Source of the DNA: Bacteriovoracaceae bacterium
GTDB lineage: Bacteria; Bdellovibrionota; Bacteriovoracia; Bacteriovoracales; Bacteriovoracaceae
Length of the DNA: 52,963 nt
Assembly: GCA_041586955.1 (NCBI GenBank)
Contig: JBFGZE010000014.1
Span: forward strand, 1 to 52,963
Direction: 5' to 3'
The notes under the pieces: generated by a model
Databases searched by the model: none
Told to the model about the DNA's origin: nothing
Seen by the model: the letters and a program-made list of their open reading frames with translations, nothing else
Position numbers and translations under genes: made by a program
Shown here: positions 29,517 through 39,455 of the stretch, piece by piece
Layout: each line of letters begins with the position of its first letter
Position numbering within the stretch: the stretch's first letter is position 1

Positions 29517-29556
29517 ATAAGCTTTTGTTATTATTTTGATCATAAATGATAATTAT
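29517..29556. promoter_or_regulatory. Two LysR boxes (ATAA-N7-TTAT)
   Basis: ATAAGCTTTTGTTAT 29517-29531 and ATAAATGATAATTAT 29542-29556, both fitting T-N11-A, in the divergent intergenic region. Confidence 0.65.
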
Positions 29557-29622
29557 ATATTTTCAAAGTGAAAGGTTATAATCCCATTACCACTAAAGGA
29601 CTATAAAAGATAAGGAGTCATT

Positions 29623-30150
29623 ATGTCTGAACCTACATATCCACGAAGTTTTTCACATATAGGAATTTCTGTCCCAAACCTAGAAGAAGCTGTGAAGTTT
29701 TATACTGAAGTATTGGGCTGGTATTTGATAATGGAGCCTACTGACATTATTGAAGATGATTCTGCTATCGGAGAAATGTGTACTGATGTCTTTGGTGCGG
29801 GATGGGAGAAGTTTCGCATTGCTCACCTCTCAACTGGAGATCGAATTGGGGTTGAGTTATTTCAATTTAAGAATCAAAAGAATCCTGAAAATAACTTTGA
29901 GTATTGGAAGACTGGAATATTCCACTTTTGTGTACAGGATCCAAACTTAGAAGAGTTAGCTGACAAAATTGTCAAAGCTGGAGGAAAGAGAAGGATGAAG
30001 AAGCCTCGCTATTACTATCCTGGAGAAAAACCATATAGAATGATTTATTTGGAAGATCCATTTGGAAATATCTTGGAGATTTATAGTCACAGTTATGAAC
30101 TACATTATTCTAGTGGAGCATACGCAAAAAAATTGCCACTCATTAAATAG
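29623..30150 (+). CDS. Lactoylglutathione lyase / VOC family protein
   Basis: 'YPRSFSHIGISVP', 'GVELFQF', 'FHFCVQDP', 'EDPFGNILEIYSHSYE'. Confidence 0.9.
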   Translation: MSEPTYPRSFSHIGISVPNLEEAVKFYTEVLGWYLIMEPTDIIEDDSAIGEMCTDVFGAGWEKFRIAHLSTGDRIGVELFQFKNQKNPENNFEYWKTGIFHFCVQDPNLEELADKIVKAGGKRRMKKPRYYYPGEKPYRMIYLEDPFGNILEIYSHSYELHYSSGAYAKKLPLIK

Positions 30151-30270
30151 TTTGTTGTTATAAATTTACAGTTATGGGGGTCCCTGACGGTCAAGGTTGG
30201 GGATTTTGGCCGTGAATGTCGAGATTAGGCCTTTCGATAATAAAATGAATTGGAACTTAATCAAAATAAA

Positions 30271-30401
30271 GTGGCCAAAGGGAAATCAAATTATTCTAAA
30301 GAATTCAGAGAAAAAGTGGTAAAAGGAGGCCATTAAATCCAATAATTCTAAGGCCACGGCCGATAAATACGAGCTCAAAGTCTCCACATTAAAGGGTCTG
30401 G
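30271..30401 (+). pseudogene. Frameshifted IS3-family transposase OrfA (HTH) remnant
   Basis: Joining across two +1 shifts gives MAKGKSNYSKEFREKVVK/EAIKSNNSKATADKYELKVSTLKG/W, matching the 'YSxEF...STLxxW' OrfA pattern. Confidence 0.6.
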
Positions 30402-30689
30402 GCCGCCTCTATTATAAAATGGATCCAAGTCATGACCTTCTGGCCTTGGCGAAAACAAATCCTTTTTATAAAGGTGAAGGTTATCTCTTACCCCTGCATA
30501 AGGAATCGGATCGAAGTAAATACTGGAAGCTACTATTTATAAATTGCGATCAAGACCATAATTGCAGAAAAATTAAAAAGAAATGCCGATATAATAGAAC
30601 CACTGAACTTTTTCAACACCCAAAACGAAAAAACGAGGTCAAAAGCCTCGTAATCTCAATAATCTAAATGTGTCAAAAAAGTTCGAAAA

Positions 30690-30766
30690 TGGCGGGAGCG
30701 AAGGGACTCGAACCCTCGGCCTTCTGCGTGACAGGCAGACGTTATAACCAACTTAACTACGCCCCC
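30690..30766 (-). tRNA. tRNA-Asp(GTC)
   Basis: GGGGGCGTAGTTAAGTTGGTTATAACGTCTGCCTGTCACGCAGAAGGCCGAGGGTTCGAGTCCCTTCGCTCCCGCCA: full cloverleaf, anticodon GTC, encoded CCA. Confidence 0.97.
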
Positions 30767-30818
30767 GCGATTTGTAGATGAGTATATGGACTCAATTTTT
30801 TATCGTCAAGTAAAATTC

Positions 30819-31640
30819 TTAATTAATATAGGTCTTGAGTAAAATTCTTCCACCGAAAAAAAGCAGCATCACAATAAAAGCTCTTTTGCTGATGTGGTTA
30901 GGGATTCGACTTGAGAGTTTAGCACCCCATTTAGAGGTGGTCATGGCGCCTAGACTGATAATGAAGGAGACGCCTAGGTTGACGAAACCAAATTGGAAGT
31001 TCTGCAAAGCGTCTATTGGCCATTGGAAATTGGGAGTTTGACCGAGGGCCAAAGTAAGGGCACCAACGAAGGTGCCAACCATCATGGCCGGGTTGGAATA
31101 GGCCGAGACCCAGCGAAAAGGGGCCTCTAGCACCATGATGAGAACTGGTACGACTATCAGACCACCGCCTAGGCCTGTCAGGCCGGATACAATACCTCCG
31201 AGAAAGGTTAAACAAAAAAGAGTGAGTGCCTTTTTAGTATTAAGTTTTGGCTCCCAATTAATGCCGTCGATACGAGGATTAGGGGCCATTAGTGTGCGTA
31301 TGGCGACGAAGATGACGATAATACCGAAAATACGGCGGATGACTAAAGGGGAGAGGCCCATGGCGATATAACCACTGATGCTCGCACCAAGGGCCATGGC
31401 GACGCCCATTCCGAGGGCCAGGGAGAGCTGGGGTTTTTGGCCGAGCCGGATGAAGTTGATTGTATTGGTAAGGGAATTGAGGCAAATGACACCGAGGGAG
31501 ATTCCAATGACCATTTGCGCGGGCATGGCGGGGAAAAGAGTGTAAAGAGTGGGCACTATGATGATGCCACCACCGACGCCGAAGAATGAGGAAATGAGGC
31601 CGACTGCTGGGCCCAAAATTAGAAGAAGAAGTATTAGCAT
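30819..31640 (-). CDS. TauE/SafE family sulfite exporter
   Basis: Duplicated 'GVGGGIIIVP' / 'GLGGGLIVVP' motifs, multiple TM segments. Confidence 0.9.
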   Translation of the reverse strand: MLILLLLILGPAVGLISSFFGVGGGIIIVPTLYTLFPAMPAQMVIGISLGVICLNSLTNTINFIRLGQKPQLSLALGMGVAMALGASISGYIAMGLSPLVIRRIFGIIVIFVAIRTLMAPNPRIDGINWEPKLNTKKALTLFCLTFLGGIVSGLTGLGGGLIVVPVLIMVLEAPFRWVSAYSNPAMMVGTFVGALTLALGQTPNFQWPIDALQNFQFGFVNLGVSFIISLGAMTTSKWGAKLSSRIPNHISKRAFIVMLLFFGGRILLKTYIN

Positions 31641-31694
31641 CGTGCGTTCTTTTTGTTATGGTTAATGAATGATCTTTATTAGGAATTGTGACAT

Positions 31695-32744
31695 ATGATT
31701 GAGCTTTTGAAAAATTTTTGGATGTTTTGCCAGGAAGCGGCGCCCTTTCTCTTAATGGGGTTATTTGTGGCGGGACTTGTTCATCAATTTATTAATGTCA
31801 CTATGATTCAAAGACATTTGGGAAATGGAAAACTGTCCTCGGTTTTTAAAGCTGCCATTTTGGGAGTTCCTTTGCCCTTGTGTTCTTGTTCAGTGATTCC
31901 TGCGGCGGTGACGTTAAAAAAACAAGGGGCCAGTAATGGTGCGACCTCGGCCTTTTTGATTGCGACTCCAGAGTCAGGTATTGATTCCATTTCCATAACT
32001 TATGCTATGATGGATTTACCAATGACGATTATTCGGCCAGTCGCTGCTTTTCTATCGGCCTTTTTAGCGGGCGGCATTAATCATTATAAAAATGATTTTA
32101 AAGGTGAGACGGAGATTGACTCTTGTTGCGCGAAGAAAAAAGCGGAAGAGCAAAAGGTGCCATCTTGTTGTGTTAAAAAGAAAGAGGCCAGTTTTAGTGG
32201 CCGTTTTATGAAGGCCGTTCATTTTGCTTATTTTGATTTAATCGATGACATTGCGACCTGGCTACTGATTGGCCTTTTTGCTGGAGCTCTTATTACGACT
32301 CTTGTTCCTATGGAGTTGATTCAAACTGCCAATGGAACGACCGGTCGCCTTTTGATCTTAGCTATAGGTATCCCTCTTTATATTTGTGCCTCTGCCTCGA
32401 CGCCGATTGCGGCGGGTTTGATGTTAAAGGGTCTAAGTCCAGGAACAGCGTTGATTTTATTATTGGTAGGGCCAGCGACGAATATTTCTAATATTGCTGT
32501 TCTACAAAAATATATTGGGCGTAAGGGTGTTATCATCAACATTCTCTCTATTGGCCTAGTGGCACTTCTCTTATCTTATGTGGTTGATGCCCTTTATCTT
32601 AAAATGGGATGGCCCTTACCATTAAGCGGTGGCGGCAGTATGGAAGAACAAGGTACTCTTTGGCAGTCGATCGCGGCGGGGATTCTTTTAATTCTTTTGG
32701 TTAAAGGCGTTTATAAAGAAAAGTTTAAAAAAGGTTCTCATTAA
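31695..32744 (+). CDS. ArsP/DUF318 (SO_0444-like) metal permease
   Basis: 'GVPLPLCSCSVIP', 'TPESGIDS', 'PLYICASASTPIA', 'GPATN'; CC-containing loop. Confidence 0.88.
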   Translation: MIELLKNFWMFCQEAAPFLLMGLFVAGLVHQFINVTMIQRHLGNGKLSSVFKAAILGVPLPLCSCSVIPAAVTLKKQGASNGATSAFLIATPESGIDSISITYAMMDLPMTIIRPVAAFLSAFLAGGINHYKNDFKGETEIDSCCAKKKAEEQKVPSCCVKKKEASFSGRFMKAVHFAYFDLIDDIATWLLIGLFAGALITTLVPMELIQTANGTTGRLLILAIGIPLYICASASTPIAAGLMLKGLSPGTALILLLVGPATNISNIAVLQKYIGRKGVIINILSIGLVALLLSYVVDALYLKMGWPLPLSGGGSMEEQGTLWQSIAAGILLILLVKGVYKEKFKKGSH

Positions 32745-33487
32745 TGAAAATTTTTATTACCGGCGGGACTTCAGGAATTGGTTTGGCCTTGGCCTTGCTT
32801 TATTTAAAAAGAGGAGAAAAAGTTGGTCTTTGTGGGCGTGATCTCTCCAAGGTTTCCGAGTTAATCAATACTTATCCTCAATTAAAAACCTATCAGGTTG
32901 ATGTCCTCGATCGAGAAGAATTGCTTAAGGCGATCGCTGATTTTGGTGATGGATCACTCGATATGATGATTGCCTGTGCTGGGCGTAGCCATGGAAAAAA
33001 AACAAAAACGCCTGATTTTGAGGCGAGTCGTAATATTATTGAAATTAACACCCTTGGGGTTTTAAATACTTTTGAAGGCGCGCTGGCGCAAATGTTACCG
33101 CGTAAAAAAGGTCATTTGGTAGCGATCGCTTCGGTTGCTGGGCTGGTTGGTCTGCCGGGGGCGAGTGCTTATTCGGCATCTAAGTCGGCAGTGATTAAAT
33201 TATGTGAATCTTATCAATTGGATTTGAAAGAATGGGGTATTGATGTCACCACTGTTTGTCCGGGATTTGTGGATACTCCCTTAACTCGTAAAAATAATCA
33301 TGCCATGCCATTTTTAATGCCGGTGGAAGAAGGCGCGCGGCGTATTGCTCGGGCGCTCGATCAGAAAAAGGCGCTCTTTATTTTTCCCTGGCAAATGAAA
33401 TTTGTCATAACACTTTTGGAGAAGATGCCAAGATCATGGTATCGGTGTATAATGGGCATGAAAATATTTAATTATAGTCAGGAATAG
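32744..33487 (+). CDS. Short-chain dehydrogenase/reductase
   Basis: TGGTSGIG, YSASK, PGFVDTPLT. Confidence 0.92.
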   Translation: MKIFITGGTSGIGLALALLYLKRGEKVGLCGRDLSKVSELINTYPQLKTYQVDVLDREELLKAIADFGDGSLDMMIACAGRSHGKKTKTPDFEASRNIIEINTLGVLNTFEGALAQMLPRKKGHLVAIASVAGLVGLPGASAYSASKSAVIKLCESYQLDLKEWGIDVTTVCPGFVDTPLTRKNNHAMPFLMPVEEGARRIARALDQKKALFIFPWQMKFVITLLEKMPRSWYRCIMGMKIFNYSQE

Positions 33488-33489
33488 TC

Positions 33490-33753
33490 ATGAAAAAACT
33501 AACTCTTTTTTGTCTTGTTTTATTAATCTTTTCTTGTCAGAAAAAAGAAGAGGAAGCAATTTCTTCTCCAGCGGTAGAGCGAGGAACTCAAGTCAGTCAA
33601 AATCAATTGGGTGACGAGTTTTCCGATCTTAAGAAAAAAGAAGACGGCGCTTGTGACACAGAAAAAGACCTTGAAAAGGAATTAGAAAAAAAGATCAAAG
33701 AAAATAAAGCAGTTCTATTACAAGGTGGCGGTTCAGACTGTGCCGTTGACTAA
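33490..33753 (+). CDS. Small lipoprotein, unknown function
   Basis: Lipobox IFS-C; directly follows the SDR gene. Confidence 0.65.
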   Translation: MKKLTLFCLVLLIFSCQKKEEEAISSPAVERGTQVSQNQLGDEFSDLKKKEDGACDTEKDLEKELEKKIKENKAVLLQGGGSDCAVD

Positions 33754-34422
33754 ATCGATATCGATAATCACAATTTGATGACCGACAAATTGAAAGCGGA
33801 TGTTATAACGGCCAAAGAAGAGGCCATAAATTTTATCCGCGTCATCCTTTTTATATCGGGGACGTGGGTCTTTCGCTAAAATTTCTTTGATTTCCTCTAA
33901 TTCTTCTGGTGCTACCTTTAACGCTAAATCCTCTGAAATCTCGATAGGGTAGGCCTTTTCTTGGGCCTTTTGGGTCCAACCTTCTGCGGCGTGGGGAATT
34001 GAGTCGTATGAAGGAATATAGGGTTTGATATCAAAAATAGGGGTTTGGTCAACGACATCAGCACCCCAAATATCAAGATGAACCAGTCCCGATTTTTGGA
34101 AAAACTCACCGCGCTTAACGACGGAAAGGCCAAGGTTATTGGGGCGATTAGGAGCGCGACTGGCAAAGACGCCGACACGTTTATTACCGCCTAAGCGAGG
34201 AGGTCGCACGGTTTGGGGGACCTCTTTTGATGACGTCATTTGATGGAAGTGAAAAATAAGCCAAATATAATCAAAGCCTTCTAATTGATTTAAGGCCTCA
34301 AGACGAATCTCTTTAGAGAAAATGATGGTGGATTTTATGTGCGGTAAAAGTCCTGGCTGTCTGGGGGTGCCAAATTTTTCTTTAAAAGGAGAGTGGACGA
34401 CGCCAACGGGACAAAGTTCCAT
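33733..34422 (-). CDS. trmO: tRNA (t6A37) N6-methyltransferase TrmO/TsaA
   Basis: 'KFGTPRQPG', 'VRPPRLGGNKRVGVFASRAPNRPN', 'TPIFDIKPY', 'DPRP'. Confidence 0.93.
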   Translation of the reverse strand: MELCPVGVVHSPFKEKFGTPRQPGLLPHIKSTIIFSKEIRLEALNQLEGFDYIWLIFHFHQMTSSKEVPQTVRPPRLGGNKRVGVFASRAPNRPNNLGLSVVKRGEFFQKSGLVHLDIWGADVVDQTPIFDIKPYIPSYDSIPHAAEGWTQKAQEKAYPIEISEDLALKVAPEELEEIKEILAKDPRPRYKKDDADKIYGLFFGRYNIRFQFVGHQIVIIDIDLVNGTV

Positions 34423-34958
34423 TATTCATCGGCCCAGAATTGATCAAATTCTTCCAAGAAACTGAATTTTTTTGAGTCTTTAAGGTGATCAACGTAGAGT
34501 ACTCCAAAGAGATGATCCAATTCATGTTGGAAAACCGTGGCCAAGAAACCTTCTGCGATGATCGTTTGTGGGTTTGCGAATTCATCGAGGTAATCGACTT
34601 GAACTTTTCGAGGGCGCTCCACATAACCACGTAATTGTGGAACACTGAGGCAACCCTCCCAAAAACCTTGTAGGGTTTTATCGAGAACTTTAATCTCAGG
34701 GTTAATGATGACCATCAATTCTGAACTTGGGGCATCAGGATAGCGCTCGCTATCAGTGGGGATTTCAATAATGGTTAATTGTTTGGGAATGGCAATTTGA
34801 GGAGCGGCAATGCCGATACCACCTTCTTCTCTCATGGTATCAATCATGTCTTTAATAAGACTTTGCACCTCTGAAGATTGAATTTCTTCAGTGCTTAAGG
34901 GAGTCGCAATTTGTCGCAATAGGGGATGTCCCATGCGGATAACTTCTCTTATTGCCAT
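34422..34958 (-). CDS. def: Peptide deformylase
   Basis: GIGIAAPQI, EGCLS, QHELDHL. Confidence 0.97.
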   Translation of the reverse strand: MAIREVIRMGHPLLRQIATPLSTEEIQSSEVQSLIKDMIDTMREEGGIGIAAPQIAIPKQLTIIEIPTDSERYPDAPSSELMVIINPEIKVLDKTLQGFWEGCLSVPQLRGYVERPRKVQVDYLDEFANPQTIIAEGFLATVFQHELDHLFGVLYVDHLKDSKKFSFLEEFDQFWADE

Positions 34959-35041
34959 AACGACTCCTCGAATTTTATTGAATCTTTTGGTAAACTAGAT
35001 TCCTGTGTTCATTCTTGGGCATTTTATACCAAGGAGAAGAA

Positions 35042-35521
35042 ATGGTCAGGGTTTTATTTGTTTGTTTGGGAAATATTTGTCGTTCTCCAGCGGCCGAAGG
35101 TGTGATGAAAGATTTGGCCGATCAAAAGGGACTAGCGGAGACACTTATAATCGACTCGGCGGGAACGAGTGGATTTCATACCGGCCAATTACCAGATAGT
35201 CGTATGCGTGACGCTGCAGGTGCCCGTGGTATTGCACTTGATTCCTATGCTCGTGAATTTAAAGCAGATTTTGATTTTGACTCTTTTGATTATATTATTG
35301 CTATGGATCGTAGTAATTTTCATCATATAAAATATATGGATGCTCAGGGTCTCCACGGCCCTAAGATATTTCTCTTGTCTGAATTTAAAAGGGAACGCAG
35401 TGAGAATGAAGTGCCTGACCCTTATTATGGTGGACCGGAAAGTTTTGAGCGGGTTCTCGATATTGTCACTGATGCTTGCGAAGGACTGCTGCAAGAAATT
35501 ATAAAAAATCATGGCCTTTGA
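35042..35521 (+). CDS. Low-molecular-weight protein tyrosine phosphatase
   Basis: VCLGNICRS P-loop, DSAGT, DPYYG; AAGGAG RBS. Confidence 0.95.
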   Translation: MVRVLFVCLGNICRSPAAEGVMKDLADQKGLAETLIIDSAGTSGFHTGQLPDSRMRDAAGARGIALDSYAREFKADFDFDSFDYIIAMDRSNFHHIKYMDAQGLHGPKIFLLSEFKRERSENEVPDPYYGGPESFERVLDIVTDACEGLLQEIIKNHGL

Positions 35522-36020
35522 AATTAATTATATTACTCCTCAGGGGTATCAGAAATTATTGGATGAGAGAGACTTTTTGGTCAAAAAAGAACGACCGAAA
35601 ATAACGGAATTAGTCACTTGGGCGGCAGGACTAGGGGATCGTTCTGAAAATGCAGATTATCAATATGGGAAAAAACGCTTACGGGAAATTGACAGGCGTC
35701 TTCGCTTTTTGAATAAGCGTCTCAATTGTGCTCAGGTGGTTGACCCACTAGAGCAATCGGGGCAGAGAGTGGCCTTTGGTGCTACTGTTAAAGTGGAAAA
35801 TGAGGATGGCCTAGAAAAAATTTATTGTATTGTAGGTGTTGATGAAATCGATTTGAAGCGTAATTTAATTTCTTGGCGCTCTCCTATTGGTAAGGCCCTT
35901 ATCGGGCGTAGCTTAGGGGATAGTGTTGAGGTGGTGACACCTATAGGGTTAGTTGAGCTTGAAATTATAGCAATTTCCTTTGTCGAAATTTTGACCATTC
36001 CTTTTGAAGAAGAAATGTGA
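35511..36020 (+). CDS. greB: Transcription elongation factor GreB
   Basis: 'WAAGLGDRSENADYQYGKKRLREIDRRLRFL', 'IVGVDE...ISWRSP'. Confidence 0.95.
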   Translation: MAFEINYITPQGYQKLLDERDFLVKKERPKITELVTWAAGLGDRSENADYQYGKKRLREIDRRLRFLNKRLNCAQVVDPLEQSGQRVAFGATVKVENEDGLEKIYCIVGVDEIDLKRNLISWRSPIGKALIGRSLGDSVEVVTPIGLVELEIIAISFVEILTIPFEEEM

Positions 36021-36138
36021 TTTCGCTGTGCAGAAAGCCTTTTCTTGAAAATCATTGAATAAAGTTTTTGGTTTAGGGAAATGTAAGGTAGAATTCCAAC
36101 CTATTATTTATCCATTTATTGTCAGTCGAGGGCCAGGT

Positions 36139-36948
36139 ATGTTGACGAAAACAAATTCCAATATTCCAGTGGAATTAAAATATAAACTTTATGAAAAATC
36201 AGTTCAATGCCATGAGAGTGATATTGAGTTTATCTCCAGAGAGTTTAAGAAATTTCGCAATAGAGTGCCTAAATTTTTCCGTGAAGACTTTGGCGGGACA
36301 GGGGCGATGGCCTGTGATTGGGTTAAACAAGGTCCTGATTATGAAGCTGTTGCAATCGATCTCGATCCTGAGCCGATTAATTATGGGAAGAGCAATCATT
36401 TTCAACGGCTTAACACTGAAGAACAAACAAGAATGAGATACCTTGAGGCCAATGTCCTCGATGAAGTTGATTTCAAATCTGATATTACAGTCGCTTTTAA
36501 CTTTTCCTATTTCATCTTCAAAAAGCGTCAATTATTACTTGATTATTTTAAAAAGGTTAAGGCCGGTTTAAAAGACGATGGTGCTTTTTTTGTTGATATT
36601 TTTGGAGGTATGGCCTGCGGTGAGCCTTTGGAAGAAGAAACTGAGCATGATGATCATACTTACATTTGGGATTGTGATTCTTTTAATTGCCTGACTAACG
36701 ATGTCCTTTATTATATTCATTTTAAAACCCATGCTGATAATAAGAAGTACGAAAGGGTCTTTACCTATGATTGGAGAATGTGGTCTGTCCGTGAAATCAC
36801 TGAAATCATGGAAGAGGCGGGATTTTCAAAGGTTGTGACCTTTTGGGAGGGGACCGATGAAGACGGTGACGGCGATGGCAATTTCTTTGAGTCACAAGAA
36901 GAGGAAAATTGTGAGTCCTGGGTTACATATATTTTAGGTCTGGTATAA
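36139..36948 (+). CDS. Class I SAM-dependent methyltransferase
   Basis: 'LYEKSVQ', 'REDFGGTG', 'AIDLD', 'AFNFSY', 'FTYDWRMWS'; start chosen at ATG 36139. Confidence 0.8.
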   Translation: MLTKTNSNIPVELKYKLYEKSVQCHESDIEFISREFKKFRNRVPKFFREDFGGTGAMACDWVKQGPDYEAVAIDLDPEPINYGKSNHFQRLNTEEQTRMRYLEANVLDEVDFKSDITVAFNFSYFIFKKRQLLLDYFKKVKAGLKDDGAFFVDIFGGMACGEPLEEETEHDDHTYIWDCDSFNCLTNDVLYYIHFKTHADNKKYERVFTYDWRMWSVREITEIMEEAGFSKVVTFWEGTDEDGDGDGNFFESQEEENCESWVTYILGLV

Positions 36949-36995
36949 TACAATAATTAGTATTGTTTATAGACCTTTAACCAAAGAAGTGCCGA

Positions 36996-38396
36996 ATGAC
37001 GAGTTTAATTGAAGGAAAAGTTCTCATCGTTGATGATGAGAAGTTGATTCGGGATATTATTTCTCTGATGATCGGCCCTTATCTTAATGGGGAAATCCTT
37101 GAAGCTGCTTCGGGTCCAGAAGCAGTTGAGATTCTTAAAAAGGATTTGTCAGCTATTCAATTAATTATTAGTGATTTTTATATGCCTGATGGTAATGGTG
37201 ATGTCCTCTATCAATATATGAAGGATCATAACCTTACTATTCCTTTTATTTTATGTTCCTCTAGTCGGCCATTTGATAAAAAACCTTTTACCGAATTTGA
37301 GAGTGAGAGAAAGAGTAACCTCTTTTTGCAAAAGCCTTTTGATTTTGATGGTTTTCTCGATGATATTTTTAAGGTCTTAGGAAAATTTAAAGCTGGTGAA
37401 GAGGATGTGGTGGATGAGAAGTTTTTGCGTTTCAATGCCAAGCTTCTTGTTAAATACTTTAATATGAAAGAGAAGCTTGATATCTATATCCGCTTACCTC
37501 GTGGCAAGATGGTTAAAATTGTCGATGCTGCTAATATTGGCACTGAGAAGGAAACCCTCGAGCATTTTCACGAAAAAGGTATTAAGGAATTCTTTCTGGT
37601 TAAGGATTCCTTCAAGCTTTGTGTAGAGAATATTCTAAGTAATCTTAAGGAGCAGTTTCAAGAGTTTGATAATTATACGCCTGGTGCGGCAGAGAAGAAA
37701 TTGGACCTTGTTTTCGACTCTGTAGATGGGATTCGATCTGCCCTTAAAGTTCTCGGTGTTAGTGATGATGTGATTGAACTTATTGATAATGTTGTTGATG
37801 CCACAGAAGGTTTGATTGGCGAGGAAGCTTCTCTTGGGAAGTTGTTAACACAAATTCGTGCGCGTGAAGGTTATATTAAAAATCATGGTTATTTAACCGC
37901 CTATTTGGCCTGCGCCATGATCGATCAATGGGATTGGAAGCCTGAAGGCATTGGCCATATATTAATTATGGCCTCACTTTTTCAAAATATTACTCTTGAT
38001 AAGGATGAATTGGCGGCGATCTCCTCTTGGGAGAGTGTGGAATTCTCCAGCTTAACTCAAGAACAGCAGGATGAAGTTCTTAAGCACCCTCTTAAGGCAG
38101 GAGAGTTATTAGGGGGGAAGTCTGGCCCCTATTCACAAATTGGACGTTTTATTGAAATTTCACATGAAAGACCTGACGGTACCGGATTCCCAAAAGGGCT
38201 TAAGGCCGATGATATTGATGAAGTTGAAGCCCTTTTTATTTTAGCGGTGAGTTTTGCTCATGAGTTAATGGAAAAGGGGACACTTGGTGATGTTCCTGTT
38301 TTGGCCACAGATTTTAAGGACCTTTATAATTCTGGTACTTTTCAAAAAGCTTATGCTGCTTTTCTTCAAACTTTCTCTCAAGTTAAATTTTATTAA
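36996..38396 (+). CDS. Response regulator receiver + degenerate HD-GYP domain
   Basis: 'VLIVDDE...IISDFYMP...KP'; 'HP..A...SHERPDGTGFPKGL'; HD dyad replaced by QN. Confidence 0.8.
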   Translation: MTSLIEGKVLIVDDEKLIRDIISLMIGPYLNGEILEAASGPEAVEILKKDLSAIQLIISDFYMPDGNGDVLYQYMKDHNLTIPFILCSSSRPFDKKPFTEFESERKSNLFLQKPFDFDGFLDDIFKVLGKFKAGEEDVVDEKFLRFNAKLLVKYFNMKEKLDIYIRLPRGKMVKIVDAANIGTEKETLEHFHEKGIKEFFLVKDSFKLCVENILSNLKEQFQEFDNYTPGAAEKKLDLVFDSVDGIRSALKVLGVSDDVIELIDNVVDATEGLIGEEASLGKLLTQIRAREGYIKNHGYLTAYLACAMIDQWDWKPEGIGHILIMASLFQNITLDKDELAAISSWESVEFSSLTQEQQDEVLKHPLKAGELLGGKSGPYSQIGRFIEISHERPDGTGFPKGLKADDIDEVEALFILAVSFAHELMEKGTLGDVPVLATDFKDLYNSGTFQKAYAAFLQTFSQVKFY

Positions 38397-38796
38397 GGTC
38401 AAAAGCGGTAAAGCTCCAATCGGTTAAGACCTTCTTAAGGGCCTGTGTGTCTTTAGATGGATTTTTGCTGAGAACGACGGCCTTTTTGTGTCGAAAAGTA
38501 CTGGGAATGGCCTTGCTGAACTTTTGTAATTCACTTTCGTTTTTTACAAAAATGAGGAAGAGAGGGTGATCAAAATTTTTGTGAATAAGCATTGTCGGGG
38601 AACTATCTGCGTTATTGTCTAAATGCTGGGTCAGTAATTGGTCAAAGAGGTAATCCATTTCTTGATAAAGAAGTCCACCTTTCTTTAGGCCTTGTTCATC
38701 AATCCATACAATTCCATCTACCTCTTCAGTGATAATATCCTTTAATGAGATTGACCCTGAATGGGATTTATTTGTGGACGGCATCGAGTACAGCAT
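38383..38796 (-). CDS. Hypothetical protein
   Basis: ORF overlapping the nusB stop; start may be ATG 38784. Confidence 0.55.
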   Translation of the reverse strand: MLYSMPSTNKSHSGSISLKDIITEEVDGIVWIDEQGLKKGGLLYQEMDYLFDQLLTQHLDNNADSSPTMLIHKNFDHPLFLIFVKNESELQKFSKAIPSTFRHKKAVVLSKNPSKDTQALKKVLTDWSFTAFDLNKI

Positions 38797-39235
38797 TGAT
38801 TAGAGAAAACGAATCTTCTGGCCCAAATGTTTTGGCCAAGTCGATATAATTAGAAATAATTTTATTGGCGGCCTGGTCGCCATTTTTTAATTCATAAACC
38901 CCCAGGAGAAGGATTGCCTGTTCAATTCTATCAAGGGAAGAAAAATTCTTTTTGGTTAAATATTCATTGGCAATACCAACAAGCTCTTGTCTTTTAGGAG
39001 TGAGCCCTCTAATTAATTGACGCGCCAAATGAGTTTCATGGTCACTTAGAATATTATTGGGATGCTCGCCATCAGGTATTTGAAAGGACTGATCAAATTC
39101 ACTAAATAATTCATCTAAATGGTCACTGAGGTCTTCGTCGGAGACCAATAAATTTTGTCCATTATGGGCACCGGCCTGAAGGAAAAATAAAAATTTGAGA
39201 GCGTACTCGCGGGCCCTATATTTGGGTTTGGCCAT
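38768..39235 (-). CDS. nusB: Transcription antitermination factor NusB
   Basis: 'RAREYALKFLF', 'LDRIEQAILLLGVYEL', 'LAKTFG...INAVLD'. Confidence 0.88.
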   Translation of the reverse strand: MAKPKYRAREYALKFLFFLQAGAHNGQNLLVSDEDLSDHLDELFSEFDQSFQIPDGEHPNNILSDHETHLARQLIRGLTPKRQELVGIANEYLTKKNFSSLDRIEQAILLLGVYELKNGDQAANKIISNYIDLAKTFGPEDSFSLINAVLDAVHK

Positions 39236-39455
39236 ATTATTCACCTGACTTTAATGTAAATTTCTTCTCCAAAATAAGCCAATTAGATGCTCATTTGCAA
39301 GAACCAAATGGAGGGAAGGGCGATTGTTACCTGCGTCAAACGGGCAAGTGTAATAAAAAACATTTATGGATCGCGAGAATAGAGGAAAATGATGAGGTCT
39401 ATACAGACTCTGCTGGCCTTGATTATTTTCCTGGCCATTCTCGCTGGTCAAATAA

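Noticed and set aside
33733..33753. Convergent 3' overlaps (also 682-685, 7280-7290, 38383-38396)
   Set aside because: Short tail-to-tail overlaps are common in compact genomes
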